Part shown: positions 12,409 to 24,708 of the stretch, in pieces
How positions within the stretch are numbered: position 1 is the first letter of the stretch
Layout of the letters: every line of letters begins with the position of its first letter
Origin: Felis catus
Lineage: Eukaryota
Length of the DNA: 64,000 bases
Assembly (NCBI RefSeq): GCF_018350175.1
Contig: NC_058368.1
Coordinates: 13,020,001 to 13,084,000, forward strand
Reading direction: 5' to 3'
Translations under genes and position numbers: made by a program
The notes under the pieces: model-generated
Databases searched by the model: none
Told to the model about the DNA's origin: nothing
What the model saw: the letters and a program-made list of their open reading frames with translations, nothing else

Positions 12409-14989
12409 ACCTGCCCATTTCTAGTCAGTGATGGTAAGAGGACTTGAATTCAAGGTATTTGGTCCTAGAGCCCACTCCAATGGATCCATTTTCTGAAATC
12501 TATCGTGTTATTATCAGTAGTAAAATATGCTCCTTTTTATTTTTTCCTGTATTCATCCTCCTCTATTTTTTTTTTTTTTTTTTGGCTTGAAAACTAACTA
12601 GAATTTTGACATGACATTTTGGGATAAATTTTAAAGAAGGGAAAAACTGAGCCGACATACTTTAAGAATTATGAGTGTTAGGTAATACACAGTGTTAATA
12701 AACAGAATTTTACTGATCAATATGATTCCCTTTTACATTTAAAAGATATCTATGAAGTAACTCTCAAAGCCTGGGATGACAGAAAGACCTCAGGAATATT
12801 CTAAAAACAGTTCATTTAAAGAAATATAAAACATTGTACTAAAAGAATAGTTTGGCATTCTTAAGTCCCCTTCACCTGACTTCCAATCTAACTGGCAAAA
12901 AAAAAAAAAAGATAGAAACCTTATAAAGGGTTAAAGAAAAAGAACTTTTAGTATCTTTTTTTCTCAAGTAAAAGATATTTTTAGTAGACACATTTAGGGA
13001 AAAGATAGAATATCTATGTTTATGTGAAATCAAGCAAAACCATTAGCATTAGGGAAAGTTTCATAAACATAACTAAGAAAGAGGATCACAATTCACAAAA
13101 ACAAGTTTTTGTCATTTCAAGAACATACAAGGATTCTGAATGATGGTCATGTCCCAAAACATCTATGAATTTTGTCTTCCAGGCACCAGAGGGCATCATA
13201 ATGCTTGGACATAGGAAGATTTGAGATTAATTAGGTAATGTGCAAAAGTTGAGAGTAGAGCTAATTCATCCCGATCTACTTTTAGTTTCATGAAGCCCAT
13301 CAATTGATGTCATCTATTTTCAAAGTTTAGCATTAAGCTTAGTATCATTTTCTGTAGCAAACTTTGCAATTAAGACACAAACCCACTGAATGTAGCCCAA
13401 CAATATGGTTTTGATATTTCTGGTGTAGTTTTCTACATGTTCTTATGAGTGGTAGGGACAGGAAATCTCTTATGGTGTTCAATTTCCTTTCAAGTGTTTA
13501 GAAATAGATTCAGAAGGAACAATCACTTCACTGAGCTACTGAGACAGGTAAAGTAGAACAGTAATGAAAGAGAATGAAAAAGTTGAAGGCTTCCGAGGAG
13601 CATTCAAGGAAGATGGGTGTGTGAAATCCTACAAACTAAATCACAGAAGCAGTTGAAAAACTAAATGATGGAGGTCTTCTGAAAAATGTTTAACTCTGCT
13701 TAAGGATATTGTTGGATAATTTTTTATATTACTAGTATGGGCTATGAGAGTAGAATGAGAGACTATAAAGCAACTATGCAGCAGAGTGAAAAGAGAGTAT
13801 CCGTATCATAAGCATGAGGTTTCCTAGGGGAAAGTATAAGGAAATAAATCTTTTTTTGCCTTGACTATAAACCTAATCCTAATCTGACTCTCTCTTAACT
13901 AGTCTTTACCCTGCTTGCCTTACTGATTTTGTTCCACATACTCATAATTATGTTTTTTTAAATACGAAAATCAGTTGGGCAATTTAAACATAAGATAGTG
14001 ATCAAACGCAAACGTGAATGCAGTAGCATAAATTGTTCGATTGGTATGGATCGTCCTCAGAAATCAAGTTTTGTGGTCAAATAACTTCATGACACTGGAC
14101 TATACCCCCCAAAATTGTCCCTTCACACCTCCCAGTGATGTTTATGAGATGTTCATAGGGTCACACACAGTTAACTCTTCTAGGACGCTAGAATAGACAG
14201 CATTTCCTGAACGTCTTTTTTTACTATCCTGTTTTTAAAGAGTTTACTAAGGAGGATAATCTACAAAATTTTGGTTCCTGATGAGTTTTTAAAAACATAA
14301 ATAGGGTATAACATTTCCCAAACAGCAAAAATAGCAAAGTTTAATAACAGTATCATCCATTAATAATGTGCTATTTCTCCTCTTTTCATTGATCTGTTTT
14401 CCCTTCAACTCACTGGACACATGCCAACTTGTCTTCCAATTTCTGCCACCTGGGGAAAAAAAACCCTCTATCTTGCCTCATTTTGGAAAGACATTCAGAG
14501 GAGAAAACAGGAAAGTAAAATGACGTTTTCTTTCCTTGAGCCAGCAATAATTTAAAACAATACATCAGAATACCAAAACATTAAAAATCAGTACATTGGA
14601 TTGGAAATTAGTGGTTGGATTTCTAGGAAGAGTGAGCCCATGTATAGTTCAATCTCAGAAATAGTACATGGTGATGATTTCTGGGCTCAACTGGTTTAAG
14701 ACATTGCCTGATGGCAGCTTGTGAATACAGATGAATATAGCAAATTATGCACCGTCTCAGTACTGCTGAAGCCAAAACTAATAAATTTTCCTAAAGCCTG
14801 CTGAACCAGCATATTAGAAACACACTCCACAGAAAATATTCTAACTTAGAAATAAAATATATTATATCGCACCAAAAAGTGTCCAAGATGCCCAAACCTT
14901 AAATGAATGATTGTATAAAGTTAAGGAATTTTGTTTCTTAGAAGAGCTTCTGCACCAAGAACATATAAAGGAAGAGTGTGGACAGGGAA

Positions 14990-15170
14990 TAAACTGGCAT
15001 CCTATTCAGATGTGTGACCTTGGGCAAAACAGCTCTAGATGGCCATTGAGTCTGTGTCCTTGTTTATAAAACGGGAAGATAACTCCTCCTTAACCAGCCA
15101 TGGATATGTCCTGACAATCAAATCAGAAAATTTATAAAATAATTATAAAACTCTATAGGAATGTTAGTTA
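14990..15170 (+). mobile_element. MIR fragment
   Basis: tgtgtgaccttgggcaa...tgtttataaaacgggaagataa core-like motifs. Confidence 0.55.
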
Positions 15171-15200
15171 CTAATAGAATATAAGTTTCTGCTCTTTCTT

Positions 15201-15202
<2 letters not shown>

Positions 15203-15237
<35 letters not shown>
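15203..15237. repeat. (TG)n microsatellite
   Basis: Pure TG run of about 17 units. Confidence 0.97.
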
Positions 15238-15241
<4 letters not shown>

Positions 15242-15330
15242 CTATGCAGGTCTGTCATTTATCTCCATCTGTGTTCCTGTGTATCTATATATCTATGTAT
15301 CTATCCATACATATACATAGTTATGTAGAT

Positions 15331-15412
15331 ATCTTCTCTTCCTCCTTCCCTTCTTCCTACTTTTCTTTCTTCCTTCTTTCCTTTCCATTTCTTCCTTCCT
15401 TCCTTTCTGTTT

Positions 15413-15496
<84 letters not shown>

Positions 15497-15605
15497 TCCC
15501 CTTCCTCTCTTCCTTCTTTCCTTCTGCATTCTCTTCTTTCTTTTGTTCTTTCTTTCTGTCTTTCTTCCTTGGTTCCTTTCTTCCTTTCTTTCCCTAAGTT
15601 TTCCT
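15331..15605. repeat. (TTTC)n tetranucleotide inside a polypyrimidine tract
   Basis: Pure TTTC array ~15411-15496 flanked by degenerate CT-rich sequence. Confidence 0.97.
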
Positions 15606-15735
15606 TTATTGTTATATTTTTTATATACAAATAAGTGTATTGGCAACTTCTGGTTTTGGAAGATGACTATAAATGTGTAGGTCATTTTGTTTTTCTTTTA
15701 ATATTGTGCAGCTTCCCAAGATTTTTGTTAAAAAG

Positions 15736-15774
15736 TTATGGTGAAAAGCTAAAACATTATGGTGAAAAGCTAAA
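15736..15774. repeat. Tandem microduplication, 21-bp period (ttatggtgaaaagctaaa x2)
   Basis: 15736-15753 and 15757-15774 are identical. Confidence 0.9.
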
Positions 15775-16379
15775 GAGCTAATTTTTTTGCATCACTTTTC
15801 TCCTAGAGCCCCAATGGATGACCAAACCTACATTTATTTTCTTCTTTATGTCATGCCAAAGAGGAAAAATGCATAATTAGATTATTTAGGGCTTATATTT
15901 TATACTGTTACCTAATTTTAGAATAGAACAGGTACGCTTATAGCAATGGAAGACAAAACATGGAAAGAAGTCATTTAGGATGCAGAGCAGCATGGTTGGT
16001 GTGCATTTTGCCCTGCTTGGTACTGCATGCAATGACTGAATATACAACCAACGTGTACAGCATGTGAAATAACCAGGAAGAGCAAAGCCCACTTCTGCTG
16101 CTCTGAAGGACCAATAGTCAAATACATAAACATGAGGTCAGGAAAATCTGAGCCAACTTGTTCAAACATGTCACACCGTGGTTGCTTGACTTTAGCACAA
16201 CAGGCTCAAGCTCACTACATGTACCAGGCTGAGCTCTGTGAAGTTGATTGTGGGTGGTGGGAAGTAAATTTATCCTGCAAAGAAGGAGGGAATTGCCTCT
16301 GGACCTGGAAGACCTTCCATAGTTACCAATATTCCAGGCTGACTGAGTGGTGGCTGGCCTGCCTGCCTCTCTTCCTTCT

Positions 16380-16830
16380 ACAGGTATTTCCTGAACATTT
16401 GCTATTGTACCACACACTGTTATGGGTATTAGGGATACGACGGTGAACCACACAGATGCTGTTCCGTCTTCATAGACCTGATATTCTAGTAGAGAGGAGC
16501 GTGAAAAAATGTCATATTAATAACATTATAGAAGTTATTATAAATGTTAAGAAGGAAACTTATAAGGACCAAAAGAACAAATCAAAGGGGTGGTGCCTTG
16601 GATAAGGGTGATCAGTGTCAGTCTGTCTGAGGAGGTGAGACTGAAATTAAGACAGACATATAGGTCTTAGATCAAGACATAAACCTAGGTCTTAGATTAA
16701 ATGTCAAGGCATGGAGAGGTTTTTGCTAAAGAGGGTGGTAGTAGTGATGGTTAATGTTGCAAGTAAAAGAGATAGCATGTGCAAAGGCCCTGAGGTGGGA
16801 AGAAGTGAGATTATTGAAGGAAAAGCAAGG
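16380..16830 (-). mobile_element. L2 fragment
   Basis: gtatttcctgaacatttgctattgtaccacacactgtt...tctgaggaggtgaga...gcatgtgcaaaggccctgaggtggga are typical antisense L2 3' motifs. Confidence 0.7.
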
Positions 16831-17204
16831 AGAAAGAGATTTCTGGAAATATTTGTACCTAATTCCTGCTATCATGATAAAGTAGAGCCTTTGAAACTGA
16901 TACAAGTAGCCTGGTTGTACCAGAGCAATCTAGTTGAGTATTGCTCTTGAGAATTGGTTTCCTTGAACATGCTTTGGAAACATACTCTATGCAACAGCAT
17001 ACAGACAAAATAACAACAATAACAACAACAACAACAACAACCAGAAGACATTTTCGAGAAACAGGAAATGATTTTGTGTGCTATAGAGGGGAGTTTGCGT
17101 AGATGTCTGGTTTCAGATAAAGTTTGATGTACACTCTGAGTAGATAGTGGAAAACTCTGAATGTTTTTTGTTTTCTGTTTTTCTACCATGTAATGAGTTT
17201 ATTG

Positions 17205-17860
17205 TTTCTATTTTTATTTTTAAAATTTGTATTATTTCCGGCTTTATTGACATGCAACATATGTAAGTTTGGAGTATACAGTGTGATGATTTGATACATG
17301 TATATGTTGCAAAATGATTACCACAATGAGAATAGTTAACACTTCCAACTCCTTACATGTTTAGCTTTGTGTGTGTGTGGTGGTATCATTTAAGATGTAC
17401 TCTCTTAACAACTTTCAATTATATAATATTGTTAATTATAATCACCATGCTATGTATCAGTTCCCCAGAACTTATTCATCTTATAGTTTGAAGTTTGTAC
17501 CCTTTGATCAATGTCTCCCCATTTCACCCCCCTCTCTCTCCCAGCCCCTGGAAGCCATCATTCTACTCCATTTCTATGAGTTCAGCTTTTTAAGAATCTG
17601 CATATAACTGCAACATTTGGTGTTTGTTTTTCTCTGACTCATTTCACTTAGCATAATGTCCTCAAGGTCCATCCATGTTGTAATATAAGGCAAGATGTCC
17701 TTCTTTCTCGTGGCTAAATAATATTCCATAATATATAATATATATCATATTCCTATATATCTTTCTTATTTATCCATTCATTTGTTGATGGATGCTTAGG
17801 TTATTTTCATAGCTTGGCTATTGTGAATAATGCTGCAGTAAGCATAGGGGTGCAGATCTG
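17205..17860 (-). mobile_element. L1MA/MB-type 3' end
   Basis: gtatacagtgtgatgatttgatac, atttcacttagcataatgtcctcaaggtccatccatgttg, ttggctattgtgaataatgctgcag. Confidence 0.85.
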
Positions 17861-19622
17861 AATAAATGTGTTTTTTATCCACTAAATGTTGACACTAGCA
17901 ATTTAACTTTGCTTGTAGACCTGGATGCTGAGAGCTCCCTCTGCATCCTGGTTGCCCTGGCCCCCTCACCTGGCTTCCTCTACCACCTCTCCACAATCTG
18001 GGATATGTCTAGTATTACAGAGGGCCTCTAGGACCTTTCCAGCATTCATTCTGATTAGTGTTTATCCATTATCCAATTATTCACTATTAAATACATTGAA
18101 TGTCATTTCTGTTAGTTCGGTAGAACTATTATAGAAAAAAAATCTGTGTTCAAATAGATTGGAGACATAAGAGAGAGATGTTAAGAGTTAGTGTCTCCAA
18201 ACATGCTTGGGAGCCTCTTACCCCTCTGGTAGCAGCTTATGAGGCCAGAGGTTCACAGAATAAAGCACAGGAAATACTCCTGATCTGCCTCAGTGGTCTT
18301 ACTTGTTTTCTCATCTCATGTACCCTCTCTATGCTGTCTCAACCTTGATGTTGTGGCTCTCTTTCTAAAAACAGTTATGATGAGGTTATTGTCTTGCTTC
18401 CACTGTTGATAATTTCTCATGTCTATGGAATACAGGCCAAACTTCAGAGCCTTCAAGAGTCTTTGCAAACTGTCACCTACCACCTGCTAACACCGTCATT
18501 CTCAATCCCTCCCACAAGGCCTGCATGCGGCTCAGGCACACAGGACTACTCTGAACTTGGCAAAGACTTCATGGCTCCTCTCTGGTCTCTCACGTCATTG
18601 ACCCCTGATTCTGCAGAGCCCACTGTGAATTGCAGTCTTCCTGTAAAGTCATTCTCTGGATGAGTTTCTCCCCCCTCCTCTCAGCTCTCATGGCAATTTG
18701 TTCACACTGGGAGCATTTATCCCAGGCCCAATTGTATTATTGTTAGCCACGTCCATTTCCTTCTCCTCCACCAGACAGCGAGCTCTTCAAAAGCTGGCAG
18801 CACACAGTGCTCATTCCCTCAGCCCACTCTGCCTCTTTCCTGGCTTCCTTGTGTCTGACTTCACACCTTGCACCCAAGTTAGCTGTTGTTTCATCAACCT
18901 AGGCTAACCAGGAAAACAGGTGACATTGTTGAACTAGCACTGGGTCAGAAGATCTGGCGTTCAGAATGGCCTCCGGCCCTGAGTAGCCATGTGCCTTGAG
19001 CAAGTTGTATGAGATCAGAGGCTCTGTTTCTTCAAAGGATTAATGAGGAGTCCAGCCTATGTGCAGCTTCTCTGCAGCTTTTTGTCTAATCTGGTATGTA
19101 TAAAAATCCAGTGGAATTTTAAACATTTGTACTGTCAAGTCCCTCTGATAGGCTCAGGAAATATTAATCTCCTGTGTTTCTACTGTCAGTGTGTTCCCTA
19201 CCTACAAGCTTTAGGTGTCCTTAGTTTAAGATTTGGGCCACCGGATCAGTATCACAAGTGACCTAGGAGGCCCTTTCTATAGGTGAACCATCAGAACTAG
19301 ACTGGAGAAGTCAGTATACAGGGCAGGAGTGACACCTAGAAAACCCCACTGGCTGATTCAGATGCCCTTCCTCTTCACCTAGAGCACCTCAACGGTCTAG
19401 CCACCTGCATTCAAGCCTCACATAGCTGCCCAGCAGGCCCTTAACATGCAAATATGGTCATTCCTGCCCTGCCTTACATCTGCCAGTGATCCGTAATGCT
19501 TTCAAGAACAAGTTTGAATGACTGGATGAGTGGCTCTTCACGATTTGATCTGTGCCCCTCTCTTCAGACTCTGTATCATTATACACTTCTTGTTGCGGTC
19601 CATAAGTCACTAGCCTATCTCT

Positions 19623-19800
19623 GTAAAATATGGGACACCCTATATTTGAATTTTGATAAATAATAAATACTGTTTTAGTATAAGTATGTTCCAAATATTG
19701 AATGGGATATACTTATACAAGAGTATTATTGTAATTTTTTAGCTAAACTTCAAATTTAACTGGGCATCCTGCATTTGTATTTGCTAAATCTGACAACCTT
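19623..19800. mobile_element. MER53 palindromic hAT-type MITE
   Basis: Imperfect palindrome centred on gtataagtatgttcca-aatattgaa-tgggatatacttatac; end aaatttaactgggcatcctg...atctgacaacct matches recalled MER53. Confidence 0.8.
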
Positions 19801-19829
19801 GTCTATCATTCCATGTGACCTCGGGAACT

Positions 19830-20160
19830 TCTGCCTTTTTCCTGCTATTGATTCTTCCATGAATAGTTTCTCCTCCCATCCTCTCCGATTTCACTTCCAC
19901 ACATCATTTAGGACTCTTTCCATGTCTTCTAAAAAGCCTCCGTCACCTCTCATTTTAATGTAGGTATTTTTCTGCGGTACCCTGGGCTTATGTCTAATAG
20001 TGTACTTATACACATCTATTCTACTTATTTATTTGTATATTTATCTGACTCAGTAAACTAGAGGATAGGATCCATGGTTGCAGTCTACTTACATTTAGAA
20101 ACTAACAGAATGCCTGGCATATAATAGCTTTTCAATAATGCTTGTTTGTTAAGTCAAATG
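19830..20160 (+). mobile_element. L2 3' fragment
   Basis: aacagaatgcctggcatataatagcttttcaataatgcttgtttg is an L2 terminal motif. Confidence 0.55.
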
Positions 20161-21359
20161 GTGTCATTTTATTAGCTTTTAAAAGCACATAGAGAAAAAC
20201 ACATGGGCAGAAGCCTAGGTTTCTGGGTTGAAGGAGAAGAGGGTGCCAGACATCAAAACTACTAACTGGTTTCCAGATGGTCACATTCACAGGACATATC
20301 AGTATTGAGTATAGGCACAAGAAGAGGGACATTCCAGGAAGGCACAGTTGGAAACATCATGGCCAGCCACCAGAGATTGAAAACATAGAGACGAGACCAG
20401 AAACAAGACAGTGTTTGGGAAGCCTTTCATCCTCAGTGTCCCCATGGAAGAATAAATCAGTGTAATGAGAATTTGACAGTGAAGAAAAGATGGATTACTA
20501 GCTGACAAGGGAACAAAGGCTGTCCCAAGAAACCTTTTCCTCCGTAAGAATTTTAGCAGGAGAGGCAGAATGGGACCATCTGGCCACACCTATCTTAACA
20601 AATCTGTTCTCGTAAGCAATGGGCCTCAGAACAATCATGAATGGAGGCTTCAAAGCGCCAAGGCAAGCCCTTCTGTTGGGTATAGGAGGGGAGCAGAGCC
20701 CTGTCCTGTGGGAGTAGCAAGTGCTTGCAAAGGCAGATAGCAACCTTCCTGTTTTCTTTGTGAATTAATTAGGGCTGGGAGGACAGTTATGCAAGGGGTG
20801 AGTTGATGGATCTGCCAAAGAAAGGAAAAGAGAAACACAGACTATCAAAATTTGGCAATATCTTTGGATCCCAGCTCATCCTTGGTTGAACTCATTTCTT
20901 AAGCAGAAGCTTTTCCCCATTTTTCTGTTCTTTCCTCTCCCTTTTCTTCTCATCAATGTACTTACTTGTATCCCTCAGCCCCACTCCCCAAGTGAGTGGT
21001 TTTTGACTTAGCAGATCTTCAATAATATATAAGCCACTGTATCATACTTTCAGAATAAATATTAAGAGCATGAAAAATATTCATGGTTCTCACAACACTC
21101 CTCTTCTAGCAATTAACCTAAGGAAATGAGGCAAAAAGTTTCTGTTCGATAATACTCATTACAATATTGTTGTAATAAATAATTCTGAGACATTCACGTG
21201 ATGACATAGTATACATTCAGAAAATAATCTTGTCTAGGAATGACTAATAGCAGAGGGGATGCTTGTGATTGGAAATACATTCCTGAAAGCCAGAATAAAA
21301 GACTCTAAGTTCCAAGGAGTTCCAACATATGTGTTACACTATTTGAGTGTATGAGAAAC

Positions 21360-21580
21360 AATAGAGCATTGAAGTTAGAAGCATTAGGTTTGGGATCAGG
21401 AAGATTGAGGCTTACCACATTCTAGCTGAGATCCTGGGAATTCACCAGGCCTCAGGATATCACTGTGAAATGAGGACAATAGTACCTGTCTTGCAGAGTT
21501 ATTTTGTGGATATATATGAAAAATCATCTGCCAAATGCCTACAATAGTTCTACTACATACTAGGAATTCAATAAATGAGG
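21360..21580 (+). mobile_element. MIR
   Basis: ctgtgaaatgaggacaatagtacctgtcttgcagagttattttg core and tcaataaatg tail. Confidence 0.65.
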
Positions 21581-23445
21581 TTTATATGTAAATATGTAAA
21601 AATGCAAAATATTATCACCAACATATGAATGCCAAAATATTAACATGAGCTATCACTAGGTAGTGGTATTAAAGGTTTTTCAATTTATTTTCCATGCTTT
21701 TTCATTTTTAAAGCTACCTATAGTGCGTATATATCACTTTTATAATAGAATTAAACTGCTATATTAAATAGATTGGCATAAAGCTTGCAACAGCTACATG
21801 TCTTTGGCAACAAAGAATGCTTTGTTTTATCCTTTCTTTTCTTTTATTATGAGAGGCATGGTAGAAAAAGATCTAGGGATATTGTCAAAAGTATGCCAAG
21901 ATCAAATAGGGAGCTTTGCACGACTCAATACTTCCTGGCAGAAAATGAAGGCTCCAAATCGTCATACTTAAGCAAAAATCTTAACTCACCGGAGTCTGTA
22001 GGCATTATGTCTGTTTTATACTTATAAAATTCAATTAATGCTACCTGAACAGTAAGATGGTATGGTTTCTGAAAGTCATACTTTGCAGCAAGGACACCAA
22101 ATTAATTATGCTTGATGAAGAACTGTGTTAGTGGGAGCAGTACTTAGTAACAAAGGGCAGGATAAAGCTTTCACTAGTTGCACGCCGGATTAAAAGCCTT
22201 GAAATGCTTTATAGAGCAGGCTGCATTAATTTAGGGACATTATTAGTTCGCTTGCTGATATTTCTTCCATCCTCTGTTGCTCTCATGGGCTACTGGGCTT
22301 GACTGACTTGTTTCTGTTCTTTTGCATTCATTTCTCTCTGAGGAATGACAGTTAATAATGAGAAAACGGGTGTGCTATCACAAACAACACTGAGATTGAG
22401 GAGGGATTTCACAGCAGCTGCAGCAGCTTAAACCTTACCAGACAGGAATACCCACCGAACAAAGGCAATTTTGTTTGTCCAGCGTGACAAAGGTTATTAC
22501 CACTTTGTTTATAATGAACTATATGTCAACGTCTGGTGTGATCAAATGATGGAGCTTCTCAGTCTAGAAATAAATGTTTTTACAATGGTCTGTGGTTTCT
22601 GTTATCAGCTATATAGGTAGTAAAAACAAACTCTAAAGCATTTTCTGACATGTGCCTTCCTGCAGGCTATTAAAAAGCCTTCTTTCTGTCCTCTGCTCTC
22701 AGCATCATGCTGGTCTTAACATCATTAAATTATGAAATCACTGTAGTATCTCTGGAATTGTTTGCTCTGCTGCTGGACTCTTGGCATTCAAATGGCTCTT
22801 CTGAGGCTCAACTATGTTATATGTTCATCACATTAGATACAGTTTATAGTTTAGGTAATGTGTTAATTCAGGAAACATTAACAAGTGGAAGGTGTATTAG
22901 AAAGGAGGCATGTCATGATTGTTTTCAGAGAAGGAGAGGACTGTATGGCCACAGAACTCATGAGAACTCAAAGAGGTAGAAGAAATACAATATAAACATT
23001 CCAAACCTGGAACACTTTTCAGCAATAATCAATAATAAATTATAATGAGAAGATACGATTTTCAGCAGTGGCTCTTCAATGAGCCAGACAGATGTGGATT
23101 TTTTTCGGGTGGAGGAATGACACATTCCCTAAACTTGCCCCTCACTCGGAGCCCTGGGCTCCTAAACCGTGCAGCCTTTTGTTCAGAATTTCACCAGGTG
23201 GAGTTTGAAAAGGTTGCCAACAGTTTCTGGCTGTGGGAATCACAGTCAATCAAATTCATGGGGGAATAAACTTCAGAACATCTTCCTCATCCTCCTCATC
23301 TCTTCCTAAGACAAACACATTTTCCCCAGTTATTAACTGGGGTGTTTGTCTCCAGCATAGACAATTGTTTACAATCTTACCCTAAAGCAGTTTTAGCTGC
23401 TTAAATCAGATCACCATTTGGAAAGTATGTTTTGGTTAGGAGGAT

Positions 23446-23902
23446 TGTAGTGGGTTGAACAGTGGTCCCCCAAAAGATATGTTTATGTTTTATGTTCCAG
23501 AAACTGTGAATGTGACCTTATTTGGACAAAGAGTCTGTAAAGGCCCTTTGTTGACAAGTGATAAGGATCTTGAGAGGAGATCATCCTGGATAATACCATT
23601 GCACCCCATATCCAATGACAATACCCTTATAGGAGACACACAGAATAGAGACAGAAGAAGAAGAGACACCGTGGTCACTGGAGACAGAGATAGGAGTGAT
23701 GTGGCCACAGGCCAAAGAATGCCACTAGAAGCTGGAAGACACAAGGAGCAATATCTCCTCTGGAGCCTCTGGAGGGCATATGGCTCTGCTGACACCATGA
23801 TTTTGGACCTCTGCCCTCTAGAATTCTCAGAGAATAAATTCTGTCCTTTTCAAGCCACCTAGTTTACGGCAATCTGTCACAGCGGCCACAGGAAACTAAA
23901 AC
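23446..23902 (+). mobile_element. MaLR MLT1C-like solo LTR
   Basis: tgtagtgggttgaacagtggtccccc start, gaataaattctgt polyA signal, gccacaggaaactaaaaca end (TG...CA). Confidence 0.88.
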
Positions 23903-23904
23903 AA

Positions 23905-24060
23905 GCAGGTTCTAAAGTTAGCAGACCAGGGCTCCAATCTTGGATCTGCTATGACCTTGGGCAAGTTGATAAACTTCTCTACAGTTCTCATCTGTAAAAT
24001 GGCCATAATAGTAATAATGATAGGGTTGTTATGAGAAGTAATAAAGATGTCTGTACATCG
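23905..24060 (+). mobile_element. MIR
   Basis: tgaccttgggcaagtt...ctcatctgtaaaatggccataatagtaa...agggttgttatgagaa. Confidence 0.7.
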
Positions 24061-24108
24061 TCATCATTGTATCTACATCATTAAAAGGCCAACGAACAAG
24101 GGTTGCCT

Positions 24109-24439
24109 TGTTAAGAAATAAGCTGAGCCATATTTAAAATTTTAGGAGTTTATTTGAGGAAAGCCCAATTTCACTTGGGCAGTGCCAACTGGAAATGGTT
24201 AGGAATGCTCCCCTGACAGGAGTTAGAGGAAAGACTTATATAGAGGAAATGCAGACGCGAAGAAAGGAAATTATTTGATTGGCCATAGCATAAAGCCTAG
24301 TTAGCTTTACCTAGTGGTAATTGGTGTCCTTAGCATTTTGATTTAATAAGAGATATTTACAGGCTTGGGTTTTGGTTTGCTTACATAGGCCACCATAGCA
24401 TTCGAACCACCTCAGTAGAATCGCTCAATTAATTTAATA
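24109..24439 (-). mobile_element. ERV1-class solo LTR (family not identified)
   Basis: tgttaa...ttaata inverted termini, 4-bp TSD gcct (24105-24108, 24440-24443); minus-strand CCAAT, TATATAA and AATAAA in LTR order. Confidence 0.7.
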
Positions 24440-24557
24440 GCCTGAACAAGGGAAGAGTGATCTCTAAAGATGTGTTGGAGTCACCACCTCTTACCAGACA
24501 GAAGCTACTTTCAGCATGTAAATGTCAGCTTTGCTTCAGCTTCTACCAACCCATTTT

Positions 24558-24708
24558 TTTTTCAACGTTTATTTATTTTTGAGACAGAGAGAGACAGAGC
24601 ATGAACGGGGGAGGGGCAGAGAGAGAGGGAGACATAGAATCGGAAACAGGCGAGATCGTGACCTGGCTGAAGTCGGACGCTTAACCGACTGCACCACCGA
24701 GGCGCCCC
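24558..24708 (-). mobile_element. Young SINEC_Fc-type SINE with internal deletion
   Basis: TSD taccaacccatttt (24544-24557, 24709-24722); 57 bp missing relative to the copy at 52050-52271. Confidence 0.95.

Noticed and set aside
15208..15685. 109-130 aa ORFs rich in F/L/S or K/E/R (also 39222-39467, 47618-48021, 61354-61636)
   Set aside because: Translations of microsatellites
16118..16453. Overlapping 111-aa and 104-aa ORFs
   Set aside because: No recognisable protein similarity or splice signals; the right-hand part runs into an L2 remnant
23455..23862. 135-aa ORF
   Set aside because: Lies wholly within an MLT1 LTR, TTG start, no recognisable domain
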